From Octopus vulgaris (lineage: Eukaryota), in assembly GCA_951406725.2 (NCBI GenBank), contig OX597817.1, positions 152,706,001 to 152,770,000 of the forward strand: a DNA stretch of 64,000 nucleotides, read 5' to 3'. The notes under the pieces were generated by a model. It was not told the origin of the DNA. It ran no database searches and was given only the letters and a program-made list of their open reading frames with translations. The position numbers and the translations under genes were made by a program. Below, in pieces: positions 1 to 13,285 of the stretch (position 1 is its first letter; each line of letters starts with the position of its first letter).

Positions 1-148
1 TAGACGTATTAGCCGAGAACTTCAGAGTAATATTGGAATTTACTAACCATGGTTTATTACCAACCCTGTCTGGCACCGAATACCATCTTCTCTGTTGTCT
101 TCGATTCTATTAACTTTGAATTTTGAACAAAGATTTGAGTAGTTTCAA

Positions 149-618
149 TTGATTTGTACTCAATTTAAATTTCTTTGGATATTCGATAATTTATGTGTTA
201 AAGAGCTGCTTTTGGCTACTGAAGAATTTCAACAACAGTTTCGCAAAGCTGTTCGAAAGACCTTAGAAAATAAAGTTCTATTTCGTAAACGAATATATTC
301 AGTAAACTTTACATTGGACCACAGGCAAAAGAAATTACTGCAGGAAATTTTGACTTTGGGATTGGTTGGAACATTTCCAAATACTGTGATTGCATTGAGA
401 ATTTTTAATATTTTCCCAGCATCTATTGCTTCCGGGAAAACGAATTTCAATGTGTTGAAGCAGGGGAAAAAATAATCATTCCTCAACTATGGGACAAGAA
501 TATCTGATTGAACTTACCATGTTGAATATTAATTGTGATACTCCACACGAACACGACCTCACAAAATTAATCAAAGATTTTGCACCGCGAGAAGTTTGTA
601 AAGCACTTGTAAAATGAT
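149..618 (+). pseudogene. hAT transposase C-terminal (dimerisation domain) remnant
   Basis: ORF 149-475 ends FPNTVIALRIFNIFPASIASGKTNFNVLKQ; after a frameshift it continues KNNHSSTMGQEYLIELTMLNINCD...LIKDFAPR, matching the hAT pattern FPN..IALRI..T.P...AS.ERSFS.LK..K..LRSTMGQERL..L..L.I. Confidence 0.75.
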
Positions 619-882
619 ACAGTTCCCTTTTTATTTCGAAGGAATAGAAAATCATACATATATTGAAAAAAAAAAAAAAGAGATAAAGAGAAAAAATATA
701 AATTTTTAACAACTGAGCTATATTTCCTACATACTTATACTATTTTTGCAGAAATTATCAAAAACAATAATAATAAAACATTTAAATGGTGATTGTGAAA
801 AGTTTTCGCTTTCCATATTTGCTTCACCTCTGATATTGAAAGTGGCCTCAACCTGAACTTGAGTTCATCAACAGGACGGTCC

Positions 883-886
<4 letters not shown>

Positions 887-944
<58 letters not shown>

Positions 945-950
945 AACTGC

Positions 951-1006
<56 letters not shown>

Positions 1007-1185
1007 ATATATCTATCCATCCATCCATCCATCCATCCATCTATCTATCTATCTGTCTGTCTATCTGTCTGTCTGTCTGTCTTTCTGTCTTTCCGTCCGT
1101 CCGTCCGTCCGTCCGTCCGTCCGTCTGTCTGTCTGTCTGTCTGTCTGCCTGTCTGTCTGTCTGTTTGCCTGCCTGCCTGCCTGCC

Positions 1186-1248
<63 letters not shown>

Positions 1249-1250
1249 TT
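887..1250. repeat. Compound microsatellite (CT)n/(ATCT)n/(ATCC)n/(GTCC)n/(GTCT)n
   Basis: Directly visible. Confidence 0.95.
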
Positions 1251-1587
1251 GTGTGTCTGTCTGTTTATGCGTGTATGTTTGTATATATATATATGTATGT
1301 ATGTGCCTGCACGCGCGTTTCTCCGGATATACTTTTCGAATTTCTCTCCAATGAAAAAAGAGCCGGTTTTTAACATAGAAACAAGGCTTTTATCATTGGA
1401 ATTTAGATAAGATCAACACATGAATGTATGTATTATACATGAATGCGTATGCACATGACTGTGCACAGCAACACATGGGCACAGGCATGGATGTTATTGC
1501 GTATATGGGTCTGATTACATGTAGCTATGTATGTATTGGTGACCAATATTTACGAATAGGAGACACGGCATTAACACATGACGTCTG

Positions 1588-1995
1588 CAAGAAGACGAAG
1601 ACGAAGAAGAAGGAGGAAGAGGAGGAGAGGAAGAAGAAGAGGAGAAAAAGAGGAGGAGGAGAAGAAACAGAAACAGGAGAAGGAGAAGGAGAAGAAGAAG
1701 CAAAAACAGAAGAAAAAGAAAAAGGGAAGAAGAAGAAGAAAAGAAGATGGAGAAGACCAGAAGAAGAAGAAGAAGAAGAAGGAGGAGGAGGAGGAGAAGT
1801 AGAAACAGAAGAAAAAGAAAAATATGAAAAAGGAAGAGTAGGAGGAGGAAGTGAAGAAGAAAAAACAGAAGAAACAGGAGAAGAAAAAGAAGAAAAAGAA
1901 GATGATGAAGATGAAGAAGAAGAAGAAGAAGAAGAAGAAGAAGAAGAAGAAGAAGAAGAAGAAGGACAACAACAACAACAACAACAACAACAACA
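1588..1995. repeat. Purine-rich (GAA/GGA)n tract followed by (CAA)n
   Basis: Directly visible. Confidence 0.95.
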
Positions 1996-2489
1996 GCATT
2001 CTAAGCACCATTGATATCAACAACGACTTCGTTCCGACTCCATTCCCTGCTACCCACCCCAGATACGAAATACGCATCACTCAATCAACACAAAATCCTG
2101 TGTAGCCAGGTATCATTCTCCAATCCTGCGACAATCCTGTGTTGTATACTTACAACACATCTAAGATATACAATTTCCCCGGAAGAATTACCACCAGAAT
2201 CTGTTTATTTCTGTTTGCATTCACCTACTCATTTTAACAAGTACTTACAAGACCATCCTTTCTACTTGTACTCAAAACCGTCTATTACAGAGAGTAAGTA
2301 ACATCTCTCGATTCCCTAGAGATAACCTCGTAACTTCTCCAACACTACTTAAACCACAAAGAAACCTGGCTTCCAATCAACAGACAACATCACCTGCCAA
2401 ATCACCAGCTTTCTTCTTACAAACAACACTAATTACAACCAATTATCACACTCAACAATATATAAATAACACATAGACTAACTAACTAA

Positions 2490-2492
2490 ATA

Positions 2493-2529
<37 letters not shown>

Positions 2530-2531
2530 TG

Positions 2532-2573
<42 letters not shown>

Positions 2574-2576
2574 GTA

Positions 2577-2655
<79 letters not shown>
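2490..2655. repeat. (TAA)n microsatellite, 5' flank of R4/Dong-type element
   Basis: Directly visible. Confidence 0.95.
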
Positions 2656-2659
<4 letters not shown>

Positions 2660-3608
2660 CAATTGGCTGATAGGTGGGAGGAGAAACCTCTGCACGGCAA
2701 ATATGTGACCCGCAGCAAACAAGCTGATGTTGACCAGAAGCAAACCCATCATTGGCTACGGAGCTCAGGGCTAAAAGCAGAGAGCGAAGGTTTCATCCTG
2801 GCTGCTCAAGATCAAAGCCTATTAACCCGGAACTACCAGGCCAATGTGATGAAAAATGGAGCAGACCCAAAATGCCGATTCTGCAACGACATGATTGAAA
2901 CAGTGGACCACCTAATCTCTGGATGTAAAGTCTTAGCACCAGTGGAGTATGAATTAAGACATGACAGAGTTGGCCAATATCTACACTGGATAATAAGTCG
3001 GCATTACAATATCAAAACTGCCGACAAGTGGTATAATCACCACCCTGAAGCTGTAACTGAAGGAGAAAATGTAACAATTCTGTGGGACTTTCCAGTACAT
3101 AAAGACCGAACCATCAAAGCCAATAAACCAGATATTGTTGTGAAAGACCAAAACAATAAAGTTTGCTTATTGATCGACATGAGCATCCCCTGTGATCATA
3201 ATATCTCGGCGAAAGAGTTTGACAAGCTCAGAAAATATAAAGACCTGCTCATTGAAATTGAGAAAATGTGGCATCTCAAGGCGGTTACAATACCAGTGAT
3301 CGTAGGAGCACTAGGAATGATCAAGAAGGGAACCGAAAATTATATGAGAATGGTCCCTGGCTTACCATCCCTGCAAGAAGTGCAAAAGATTGTCTTAACT
3401 GGTACATCACACGTATTGAGAAGAGCATTGTCGCTGTGAGAACTATTACTACCCATGTATTTTAATTTAACTAAAAAAAAATAAAAAAATAAACGAACTA
3501 TTGAGTTTAGTTTAATGGCCTACCAATGTATACTATGAGTTTCTTTGCCCTAGGAGTCGGGAAGACACTCGGCAAGAAATGGAAGCAAATTGGAAAGAAG
3601 AAAAAAAA
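2656..3608 (+). mobile_element. 5'-truncated R4/Dong-type non-LTR retrotransposon (CCHC plus restriction-like endonuclease and 3' UTR)
   Basis: ORF 2663-3439 has KPLHGKY, WLRSSGLKAESEGFILAAQDQ, CRFC..ETVDHLISGC, RHDRV, WDF, NKPDIVV, LLIDMSIP and KLRKYKDL; (TAA)n lies on both sides. Confidence 0.9.
2663..3439 (+). CDS. Open C-terminal part of R4/Dong-type retrotransposon ORF (zinc knuckle and PD-(D/E)xK endonuclease); no true start
   Basis: 258 uninterrupted codons with CCHC, RHD and PD..D motifs. Confidence 0.8.
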   Translation: MADRWEEKPLHGKYVTRSKQADVDQKQTHHWLRSSGLKAESEGFILAAQDQSLLTRNYQANVMKNGADPKCRFCNDMIETVDHLISGCKVLAPVEYELRHDRVGQYLHWIISRHYNIKTADKWYNHHPEAVTEGENVTILWDFPVHKDRTIKANKPDIVVKDQNNKVCLLIDMSIPCDHNISAKEFDKLRKYKDLLIEIEKMWHLKAVTIPVIVGALGMIKKGTENYMRMVPGLPSLQEVQKIVLTGTSHVLRRALSL

Positions 3609-3641
3609 ATAATAGTAACAATAGTAGTTGTAGTAGTATTA

Positions 3642-3685
<44 letters not shown>

Positions 3686-3727
3686 TTTTATTGGAAGCAC
3701 AAGGCCTCAGTGCGTAATTCATATTTA

Positions 3728-3858
3728 TATAAAATCGACTCCGAAAGGATGAAAGGCAAAGTCAACTCCGGCGGAATTTGAACTCAGAACCTAGCAGCAG
3801 ACGAAATACCGCTAAGCATTTCGCCCGGTGTGCTAACGATTCTGCCGCTCAACGCCTT
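3728..3858 (-). mobile_element. tRNA-derived SINE family B (head AGGCGGCGAGCTGGCAGAATCGTTAGC), partial
   Basis: Reverse complement matches copies at 35812 and 59090. Confidence 0.8.
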
Positions 3859-4019
3859 AACAACAACAACAACAACAACAACAACAACGACGACGACGAT
3901 AACAACAACAACAACAACAACGACGACGACGACGATGACGATGATAACAACAACAACAAAAACAGCAACAACAACAATAATAATAATAATAATACGATTC
4001 TGACAAAACGACAACAAAA

Positions 4020-4181
4020 GGTGCATGCATGATTGTGTGGTTAAGAAGTCCGCTTTGCAATCATATGGTTTCGTGTTCAGACCCACTGCTCGGTATCTTG
4101 GGCAAATAGCTTATATGCTCATACTATAGCTCCGGGTCAGCAAATGCCTTGTAAGTGACGGAAGCCGCATGGAAGCTCGCT

Positions 4182-4233
<52 letters not shown>

Positions 4234-4445
4234 TGTGTGCAAGTTTGTTCCTCCCACCTCCGCATGACATCTGGTGTTGGATTGTTTGTGATCCCATAAC
4301 TTAGCGGCTCGACAAATAGAGACTGATAGTATAAGTAGCAGACTTTAAAAAATAAATAAGTACTGAGGCTGATTTGTTCGACTAAACCATTCAAGGTATG
4401 CTCCAACATGGCCGCTTCCCAATGAATGAAACAAGTAAAAGATAA
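4020..4445 (+). mobile_element. tRNA-derived SINE family A (GTGGCTGTGTGGTAAG...GGTTCAGTCCC head, internal microsatellite, tail CCAGCATGGCCGC...ACAAGTAAAAGA), diverged
   Basis: Colinear with cleaner copies at 24527 and 63550. Confidence 0.8.
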
Positions 4446-4539
4446 CGGCGTACCTTTACATTCACAATAGAACCAGAAGACTGTACAGAGAGCAAAACAG
4501 CGCGCAAATAAAATTACAAGATTCGGAGGCACTGTATTT

Positions 4540-4780
4540 AACCAACATAGTGTAACAGCAGCATTAAATTATGAGTAATTCATTCGACCCATCATGGATT
4601 ATGCTAGTGCTGCATGGGCCAAATATCTATCCACAACAGATCATAATACACTAGAAAGAACTCGAAACGGTGTTCTTTGTGTTATCACACGCTCAATACA
4701 AACCGCATTTATATAGAGCACATGCATAACAAAAATACTTAGAATGAACATGCCTTAGCCATTGCATGTACGTTCACAGC
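4540..4780 (+). pseudogene. Degenerate LINE reverse transcriptase thumb fragment
   Basis: Translates as FIRPIMDYASAAWAKYLSTTDHNTLERTRNGVLCVIT, resembling Y...IRP...YA...W....LE..QN..LR.IT of I/Jockey-group LINEs. Confidence 0.55.
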
Positions 4781-5477
4781 GTAACACTCAGTCCATTGAC
4801 AAAGCCCAATAACACCGCTGCGACACTATCTTTTCCATTTAGCCCAGACAAAATTATAAAACATGCAATAGATAGTAGCATCAGCGACACAAGGATACTG
4901 TCAGCAATAGCATCACCAACAATATCGTCAATGTTTTCCAATACTGAGCGAGACTCACATTACTAATAATAACGTAGCAGCTCTCATGTTCAGACTGATT
5001 CCATTTTGCCCGTCTCGTCTGTGACTACCACTAGAATCGACAGGCATATAGAAATGAGAGGCATAGAGAAATGGGGTGGAGAATAGAAGGGTATGCGACA
5101 TTTTAGAGTCGCTGATTCGACATTGACTTATTTGATATCAGACGTTTTTTATGTTCTCTCGTTTTCTCTCGCTCTCTGTTTCAGTGTATGATTATTTAGC
5201 TTGGCTCAGTGGTTAGAGCGTAGAGCTTACGATCGTAAGGATGTTGGCTGTAATCCAGCCAACATCTCATCTATTTTATGATTAAAATTGTCTTTGAATG
5301 AACATCAACCACAGCTCCATACCGGCAATATCCTAAATAACAGTACAGAGTAGTATAGGAATATAACTGGATTTCGATACCAGCTCAAAAACTAAATGAA
5401 TCTTCTTTCCTTTCGTCCACGAGTATTCAAGTGAACTAGATTTCCTATTCATTGGTTGAGTATTCCGCAGACACATG

Positions 5478-5655
5478 TCCGGGTTGCTGATCCGTGGAAT
5501 AGGCAGCCGGACGAGATAGTGAAGATGCCGACAACCGCTCGGTTCAAAGTCTCTCTTGACCAGAAATGGCCTGGACTCTTTGAATGACCACCCTCCCTGT
5601 CCCCCTACATGGCCTTGTTTTTGCTTTTTGAGCCAATAATAATTGAATTGAATTA
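5478..5655 (+). mobile_element. 3' end of CR1-group LINE
   Basis: RVADPWNRQPDEIVKMPTTARFKVSLDQKW* matches RV...WN.LP...V.......FK..LD; short 3' UTR ending in (AATTG)n. Confidence 0.7.
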
Positions 5656-7051
5656 CTCTAACTCAATTCTCAAGTATAATCTGCGTTACACCCTGTGTGT
5701 CAAAGCTGGCCTTTTGAATTACATGCGCAGACCATCCGATGGGACCCTACACAGTGTCTGTTTATTCAATTTCACTCACAGTGACTTGGATCGACCTGAG
5801 GTAATACCAAAAGACATCTCTAAATTAAGATCTAACCCAGAACCTCATGATTGTGCAGCGAATTTCTTAACTACTCAGCAATACCTGCTTTCCACCCTTA
5901 TCCCCATGCACACACACACACACGCACACATACGCACATACGTTGTTATAAATGTATGCATATGCACACACTCATACACATGAATTACAAAGGAAACGAC
6001 ACATCAGAATAGTGGTGCTTTAGATATATTGTAAATAAGATGGCGTGGGCAAGGTTGGAATGTATTTGATCATTGGCCTGCTCGATCAGACATAACTTAG
6101 GGCTAAACAAGAACGTGGAAGGTAATTGGAAGACGTATTAAAGAGATTGTATTTGTGCTTGTTTAAGAATAAAAAAATGAAAGAACAGGAAAATAGACAT
6201 AATCAAGAAAAAGACAAATAGATAGATAAATATATAGAGAAAGAGAGAGGGAGAGAGAGAGAGATGGGGAGATGGAGAAGGAGAGAGGGATTATAGAACG
6301 ATTATGAGGAAGTGAGTGAGTAAGAGCGTGGAGGGTATTGAAAAATAAGTCGTGGGAGAAGCAAATACATAGAGAAACATTCGTGCGCACGAATATACAT
6401 GAAGGGAAGACAGAAAGAACATGAAAGAAAGGCAAGGAGAAAGGCAAAACAATAACACACCAGAACAAAAATTTAAAAAAAGACGATGAATAGTAAAAAG
6501 AAGATAAATAGAAAAAATAAAAAAATATTTATAAGGTTTTAATTTTGATCTCATATTCAATATGGCGTGCAATGTTTCTCCGAATATTTATGTAACAAAT
6601 GGATATTTTATATTTTCTCTAATTTATTATTTTATTTGTTATTATTTCGTTTCACCAATCAGCTCACTCGAAATCGCTTTACAGCTATGACGTCACAGTT
6701 ACGACCGTCATCCGCTTGTCGCCATTGTTCTAACAATATATGTACAGCAAAAGGACTTTCATACAATCACTCTTCTTCGATTTCTTTTCCGCAGAAATTC
6801 AATGAAGACATCCGTTATTGTTAGAATCAAGAAGAATTGGCTCTTTTCATTCAATTTCTTCTGCAGATAGTTTTGAAAATCTTTTCAATCCAAAACAGAA
6901 TGCGTTCGGGTTTTCGATTTCATCTGAACAAAATAGCCATTCACTGTTCTGAAGGCGAAGCCAACCGAACATTGGATTTTACTTACTTGACATTTGTTTG
7001 AAACAAACATTTCATATCCGTAACACTATTTATTCATCTTTCCACCTGTTC

Positions 7052-7490
<439 letters not shown>

Positions 7491-7645
7491 ATTCATCTGT
7501 TTATCGATCGATCCAGCAATCCACTTATCCATCAAAATATCCAATCACTCAACCAAACATATAACTATCTACGTATCCACTCATCCATAAATAATATTCA
7601 ATTTATAACTAAGTAATTCAATGTGAATTTATAAATAGAAAGAGC

Positions 7646-7681
<36 letters not shown>

Positions 7682-7889
7682 AGGAGAGAAAGAGAGAAGC
7701 TGAAAGAAAGAATTATATATATACATACATTCATACATACATACATATATGTATGCATGTATATATAGAGGGAGAGAGAGATCGAGAGAGAGATCGAGAG
7801 AGAGATCGAGAGAGAGAAATAAAGAAGAGAAAGCTATAGATAGATAAATTTTAAGTGATGTAAAGATGGCGTGAAGAGCTGCAGCGTTG

Positions 7890-10271
7890 TATCTTTTATT
7901 TTTTGCTTGTTTCAGTCATTGAAATGCGGCCATGCTGGGCCACCGCCTTGAAGGTGTTACACGAACAAATCGACCACCTTAATTACACTGGTCAACAAAA
8001 TGAAACTTTTTTTAATCATCAGAGTTGCTGATAAACTTTTCTGGGTTAATTTTTGATGTTGATTACGAATCTGAAGTCCGATTTCCTGTATCAGGTCACA
8101 TTTTCATGTTAATGATACCTACTTATAGGATACATAAAACATGTCTATATAAAGTATATTGAATACAAGATACAATAATTTCATAGCTTTTTATTGTACA
8201 ATATTAAAATTATTATGTAAAAATAAGTTAGAATACACTCAAATGCATAACAACTAAAAAATTTTGGATTTGAACTTTCTATGGTGTTTTGTCTCATGTT
8301 CATCCCTGTATAACATCCAATAGTAGTCAGCTAACATTCCTGCAATCCAAAATCCTTGATATCATTGTTCCATCGATGCAATATCTTAATGAAAGCGTTC
8401 TCCTTGCACATCAGACACTGCTCCAAGGTTCTCTGCAAAAAGTCCAGATGTGAATCAACGAAATGAACTTTTAGTGACATCCGACAGCCCATTGCAGCGT
8501 TGGAGTCTAGAAGACATTTCACTCCATTTCTAAACTCTAGAGATCTCTTGTTGCCTAGGAAATTTTCACAGAGCCATTTGAAGGATTTTCAGGCTTTAAG
8601 CTCAGTCTCATCCAATGCTGTGAGGAAGTGGTTGTCCTTCAGGATTTCTTTTATCTACGAGCCTATGAATAAGTCCTCCTTCAGTTTTGTCTCAGTGATT
8701 TTTGGATATTTGGCCTTCACATATTCAAAACCTTTTGAGCTTTTCCTGGCAAGTGTCTTCACGACTCGTTTCATGAGACCAAGGTTTCTGTGAAGCGGGG
8801 AAGAAGAACATTTTCTGAGTTTAAAAGTGGCTTACTCTGGACGCTAGGAACTCCCGGCTCATATAATTTTCGCAAAGGCCACTCTGATTGCACATAATGC
8901 TTGTTAGTTGCACGACTGTCCCATAAAAAGCAACAATATTTCGTGAACCCAGATTGCATTCCCATCAACATTACAATCACCTTCAAGTCTCCACATATTT
9001 TCCAGCTGTAGTTTGTATCCTTTAGGGTATTGAGGAGTACTTGCATGTTTTCATAACACTCCTTCATTTGCATTGAATGTCCTATGGGAATGGATGGTTT
9101 CTTATTGCTTTTGTGTAGTAGTACTGTCTTGAGGCTTCTCTTAGATGAATCAATGAATAAGCGCCATTTAGCTGGAATATGCTCTTGGAGCAAACAGCGA
9201 AATAACTCATCAATGTTATTACTGAAACAAAGTGGTCCATAAACAGGGAAGCATGAAGTCAGATCCCTATATCTCTTCCTGAAATGAGTAATACAAACAT
9301 CTTTCTTAAGCACTTTTCTTGTAGGCGAGATGCTAATTTCTGTGGCATGTCTTCATTTTCAATCGTGAAATCTGCATCCACTTCGGTATCTTCCACAGCA
9401 ATAGTATTTTCTTCAGGAAATACATCTTCGTGAGACATCTGAAGGCCATTTTCTGGTGGTATTGAAAAAGGAAGATCATCATCGTTGTGTGGTTCTGATG
9501 TTCTTGCTGATTCCAAGTTCGGATACACAATCTTATGCTTGGTCTTTAAACCCACATACATCAACGTTGCAGAAATAACAGTCCATGAAATGATCCTTTG
9601 GCTTTCTCCATATCATAGGTATTGCAAACGGCATTGCTATCTTCCTCTTATTTAACCAATCCCTTAGTCCATTTGAACAAGCTGAGCAGATGATGTGCGG
9701 GGCCTAACTCCTATCTTGGTCCCCTAGAGAGCAGCCAAAGTATAACTGGAAGATCTTCTTGATTTCACTTGTGATGGCACGTTGCTGAGTTTTGGTGGTA
9801 AATGAACCACAGACATGACAAAATATATCAGGACTGTTCTTGCAATGCCTTGACATTCTGAGTAGAATTTGATGATGATGATGACTTGGCACCTTAAACA
9901 GAAAGTAAAATTTATGAAAAGAAAAGATTATGAAAACATAAAATTACAAAATGAATACAATTAGTTATAAAACAGAAGTCAAAATTTACCTGTATAAGAC
10001 GTTTACGTGTAGCGATACTGCTGATGGGAGTTATATACCTCTCTTATCTCATCAGAAAAACTGTGCCTAATAGAAGGAAACCGATAGCATTTTTGAAATC
10101 TGCGGACAAAACTACGTATAAAACACCATATAATATCCTGTATGAAAATTGGCTGTTGACCAGTGTTATTGTAAAACCTGGTACTTATTCAATTGGTCTG
10201 TTTTTGCTGAACGGTTGTCAAGTGTTAGCAGAAGGCAGGTACAAACACAAAGGTAAACACACACACACACA

Positions 10272-10345
<74 letters not shown>

Positions 10346-10505
10346 CGACGTGCTTCTTTCAGTTTCCGTCTACCAAATACACTCACAAGGTTTTAATCGG
10401 CCCGAGGCTAGCGTAGAAGCTAACTTGCCCTAAGTGCCACGCAGTGGCACTGAACCAGGAATCCTGTGATTGGGAAACAAATTTCTTACCTCACAGCCCC
10501 GCCAA
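7890..10505 (-). mobile_element. SINE family A split by the Chapaev3 insertion (tail 7890-7985; body and head 10169-10505)
   Basis: The two halves are contiguous parts of the family A reverse complement. Confidence 0.8.
7986..10165 (-). mobile_element. Chapaev3-type (CMC superfamily) DNA transposon, full-length ends, disrupted transposase
   Basis: TIR CACTGGTCAACA / TGTTGACCAGTG, TTA on both sides (7983-85, 10166-68); frameshifted peptides CKNSPDIFCHVCG, YFGCSLGDQDRS.APHIICSAC, WRKPKDHFMDCYFC, WRLFIDSSKRSLKTVLLH, GDLKVIVMLMGMQSGFTKYCCFLWDSR, GCRMSLKVHFVDSHLDF. Confidence 0.85.
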
Positions 10506-10901
10506 AGCATATGAAGAAATTTAAAGAAGGACAGACCAACATTGAAGTCAAACCATGCAGTGGGACACGACTGTAATAAAACTTCACTTAAACCGTAACA
10601 CAGGTACCCTTAACTCGTATTACTGGCACTCCTCACTTCGTTTCGCATCACTCAAATTTGTACTATAATTAGTTTTCTATTACTCATGGGCAATCTGCGG
10701 CTCGCGGGACTTTTTGAATTGCATGCTTAACATAAAATTACTTTGAATGATTTTAATTGGGCAGCTTGCTGGATGATGATCCATGTCTCATGCGGCCCGC
10801 TTGTTGAAATAAAAAAGCCGCCCCTGCTTTATATTTTTGCACCACTCTATGGATGGTTCCCAAAGCGTAACGCAGACGGCTCTGAGAGAGGATGGGAGAG
10901 A

Positions 10902-10960
<59 letters not shown>

Positions 10961-11726
10961 AGCAGAAAGGAAGGAGGGAGAGAGAGAGAAAGGAAGAGGG
11001 AGATGAAGGAAGAGAGAGAGAGAGAGAGAGAGAGGGAGGAAGAGGCATAGAAAGGAAGAAAGAAAGAAAGAAAGAAAGAAGGAAAGATTTGACTTGTCTG
11101 GTACTTCTTAGTTAAACCCTTGACTCGATTATTCTTTCTTTCTATATCTTTCTCTCTCTTTTTCTTTGACTCTCTTAAATTTACTCTCCCTTCTTACTCT
11201 CTTTCTTACTGTGTATTTCTCTGTCTCACTGTGTGTGTCTCTGTCTCATTGTGTTTCTCTCACTGTCTCTGTTTGTCTGTCTGACTATCTGTCTGTCTGT
11301 CTGTCTGTCTGTCTTTCTCTCACTCTGTCTTTCTTTCTCAGAATCATCTACTATTCACCATGTGAACCATATCCATAGCTTCCTATTTTTTTTCAGTCAC
11401 AGAGAAGGCTTCAGCAACTTCTCATAGAAAAACTAATATGCTATTGGGACCGTTGAAAAATGGCAAGATGTGCAGTGGAACACAGCGAGTCAAAACAACT
11501 TAATTGCCAACATAAGCTGTAGGGAGGTTGTCTTCCTTGTCAGCTCATTAAGATAGTACTTTTGTTGGCTATTGAGCTGTTTTGACTATTATTTCTAGCG
11601 ATACTAGTGCTGATTAGTGCCTTTGTTCATTTTAGTGACGTATATATTCCTGCCTTTAGGTTGTAAAATTGCGAATTAGTGACCCATATTCTATATAATA
11701 ATATAAATAATATATATATATATATA

Positions 11727-11769
<43 letters not shown>

Positions 11770-11816
11770 GTCTTCGTCTTGTGTTTTTTTTTCGTGAAGT
11801 CTCCCTATATATATAT

Positions 11817-11957
11817 AATTGATCAATCCAAAACTAAATTATTTTATGAATTTTTAGCCATTCTACTTTCCCGCTTTCAACTTGTGCGTATACGTGGAGT
11901 GAACATTTAAAGTGGTGGGACGAATTCGGCGTCTTCTTTCAGTACGGTACCCCTTAC

Positions 11958-12004
<47 letters not shown>

Positions 12005-12201
12005 GCTCGAAATGAGGAGTAGATAGACAAACAAAAACTGATGAAGGGTCGTTCTTTATGTTACTTGTCCTGTTTTCCATTTGTTTCTCTCGCTTATGTA
12101 TTCAACTCTTTTGTTTTCATATTTCATGTTGTTTACGGTTTGTGACGTCCTGTATCCATATGTGCATATCTGTGTGTGTTGTGTATGTGTACATATACAT
12201 A

Positions 12202-12256
<55 letters not shown>

Positions 12257-12324
12257 CATGTTGTTTACGGTTTGTGACGTCCTGTATCCATATGTGCATA
12301 TCTGTGTGTGTTGTGTATGTGTAC

Positions 12325-12386
<62 letters not shown>

Positions 12387-12635
12387 GTACACATACACAA
12401 CACACACAGATATGCACATATATATATATATATATATATATGTATATGTACACATACACAACACACACAGATATGCACATATGGATACAGGACGTCACAA
12501 ACCGTAAACAACATGAAATATGAAAACAAAAGAGTTGAATACATAAGCGAGAGAAACAAATGGAAAACAGGACAAGTAACATAAAGAACGACCCTTCATC
12601 AGTTTTTGTTTGTCTATCTACTCCTCATTTCGAGC

Positions 12636-12696
<61 letters not shown>

Positions 12697-12837
12697 GTAA
12701 GGGGTACCGTACTGAAAGAAGACGCCGAATTCGTCCCACCACTTTAAATGTTCACTCCACGCATACGCACAAGTTGAAAGCGGGAAAGTAGAATGGCTAA
12801 AAATTCATAAAATAATTTAGTTTTGGATTGATCAATT
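11817..12837. repeat. ~1-kb near-perfect palindrome (fold-back) centred on (TA)n with internally duplicated sub-blocks
   Basis: 11817-12215 is the reverse complement of ~12435-12837; mirrored ORFs 12056-12559(-) and 12081-12584(+). Confidence 0.95.
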
Positions 12838-12904
12838 TCTGGATTAGTTTGACAACTCTTCCTTCATCAGCAAAACGTACTAAGCGAAATAAATGAAAAT
12901 ATTT

Positions 12905-12975
12905 CGAGTGGTTAAGGCGATGGACTGCTAATCCATTAGGGTCTCCCCGCATGAGTTCAAATCTCATCCTTGTCG
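12905..12975 (+). pseudogene. 5'-truncated tRNA-Ser(GCT) copy
   Basis: CGAGTGGTTAAGGCG ATGGA CTGCTAA TCCAT, long variable arm, ATGAG TTCAAAT CTCAT CCTTGTCG; lacks the 5' acceptor strand. Confidence 0.8.
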
Positions 12976-13285
12976 ATTACATCAGCGTGGTGCCCCAGCA
13001 TGGCCGCGGCCTTCGGGCCAAAACATTTTTAAGGATTTAAGGATTTATATCCACAGAAAAGCACACGAAAACTGCCAGTACATACAAATATTCACACACA
13101 CACACACACACACACATCTTCTGTGGGCATCTATAGATATTTTCATTTATTTCGCTTGATATGTTTTGTCGATGAAGGAAGAATTATCAAACTAATTCAG
13201 AAAGTGATCAATCCAAAACTAACTAAATTATTTTACGAATTTTTAGCCAGTCTACTTTCCCGCTTTCAACTTGCATATATAACTA

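Noticed and set aside
859-2752. Long low-complexity ORFs (SLSL, IYLS, poly-E/K/I/L) here and throughout the window
   Set aside because: They are translations of microsatellites that lack stop codons; no domain content.
12004-12055. GAAA...CTGATGA as a type II hammerhead (also 54348-54395)
   Set aside because: No stem I can be formed between GUA and CUGAUGA in either copy.
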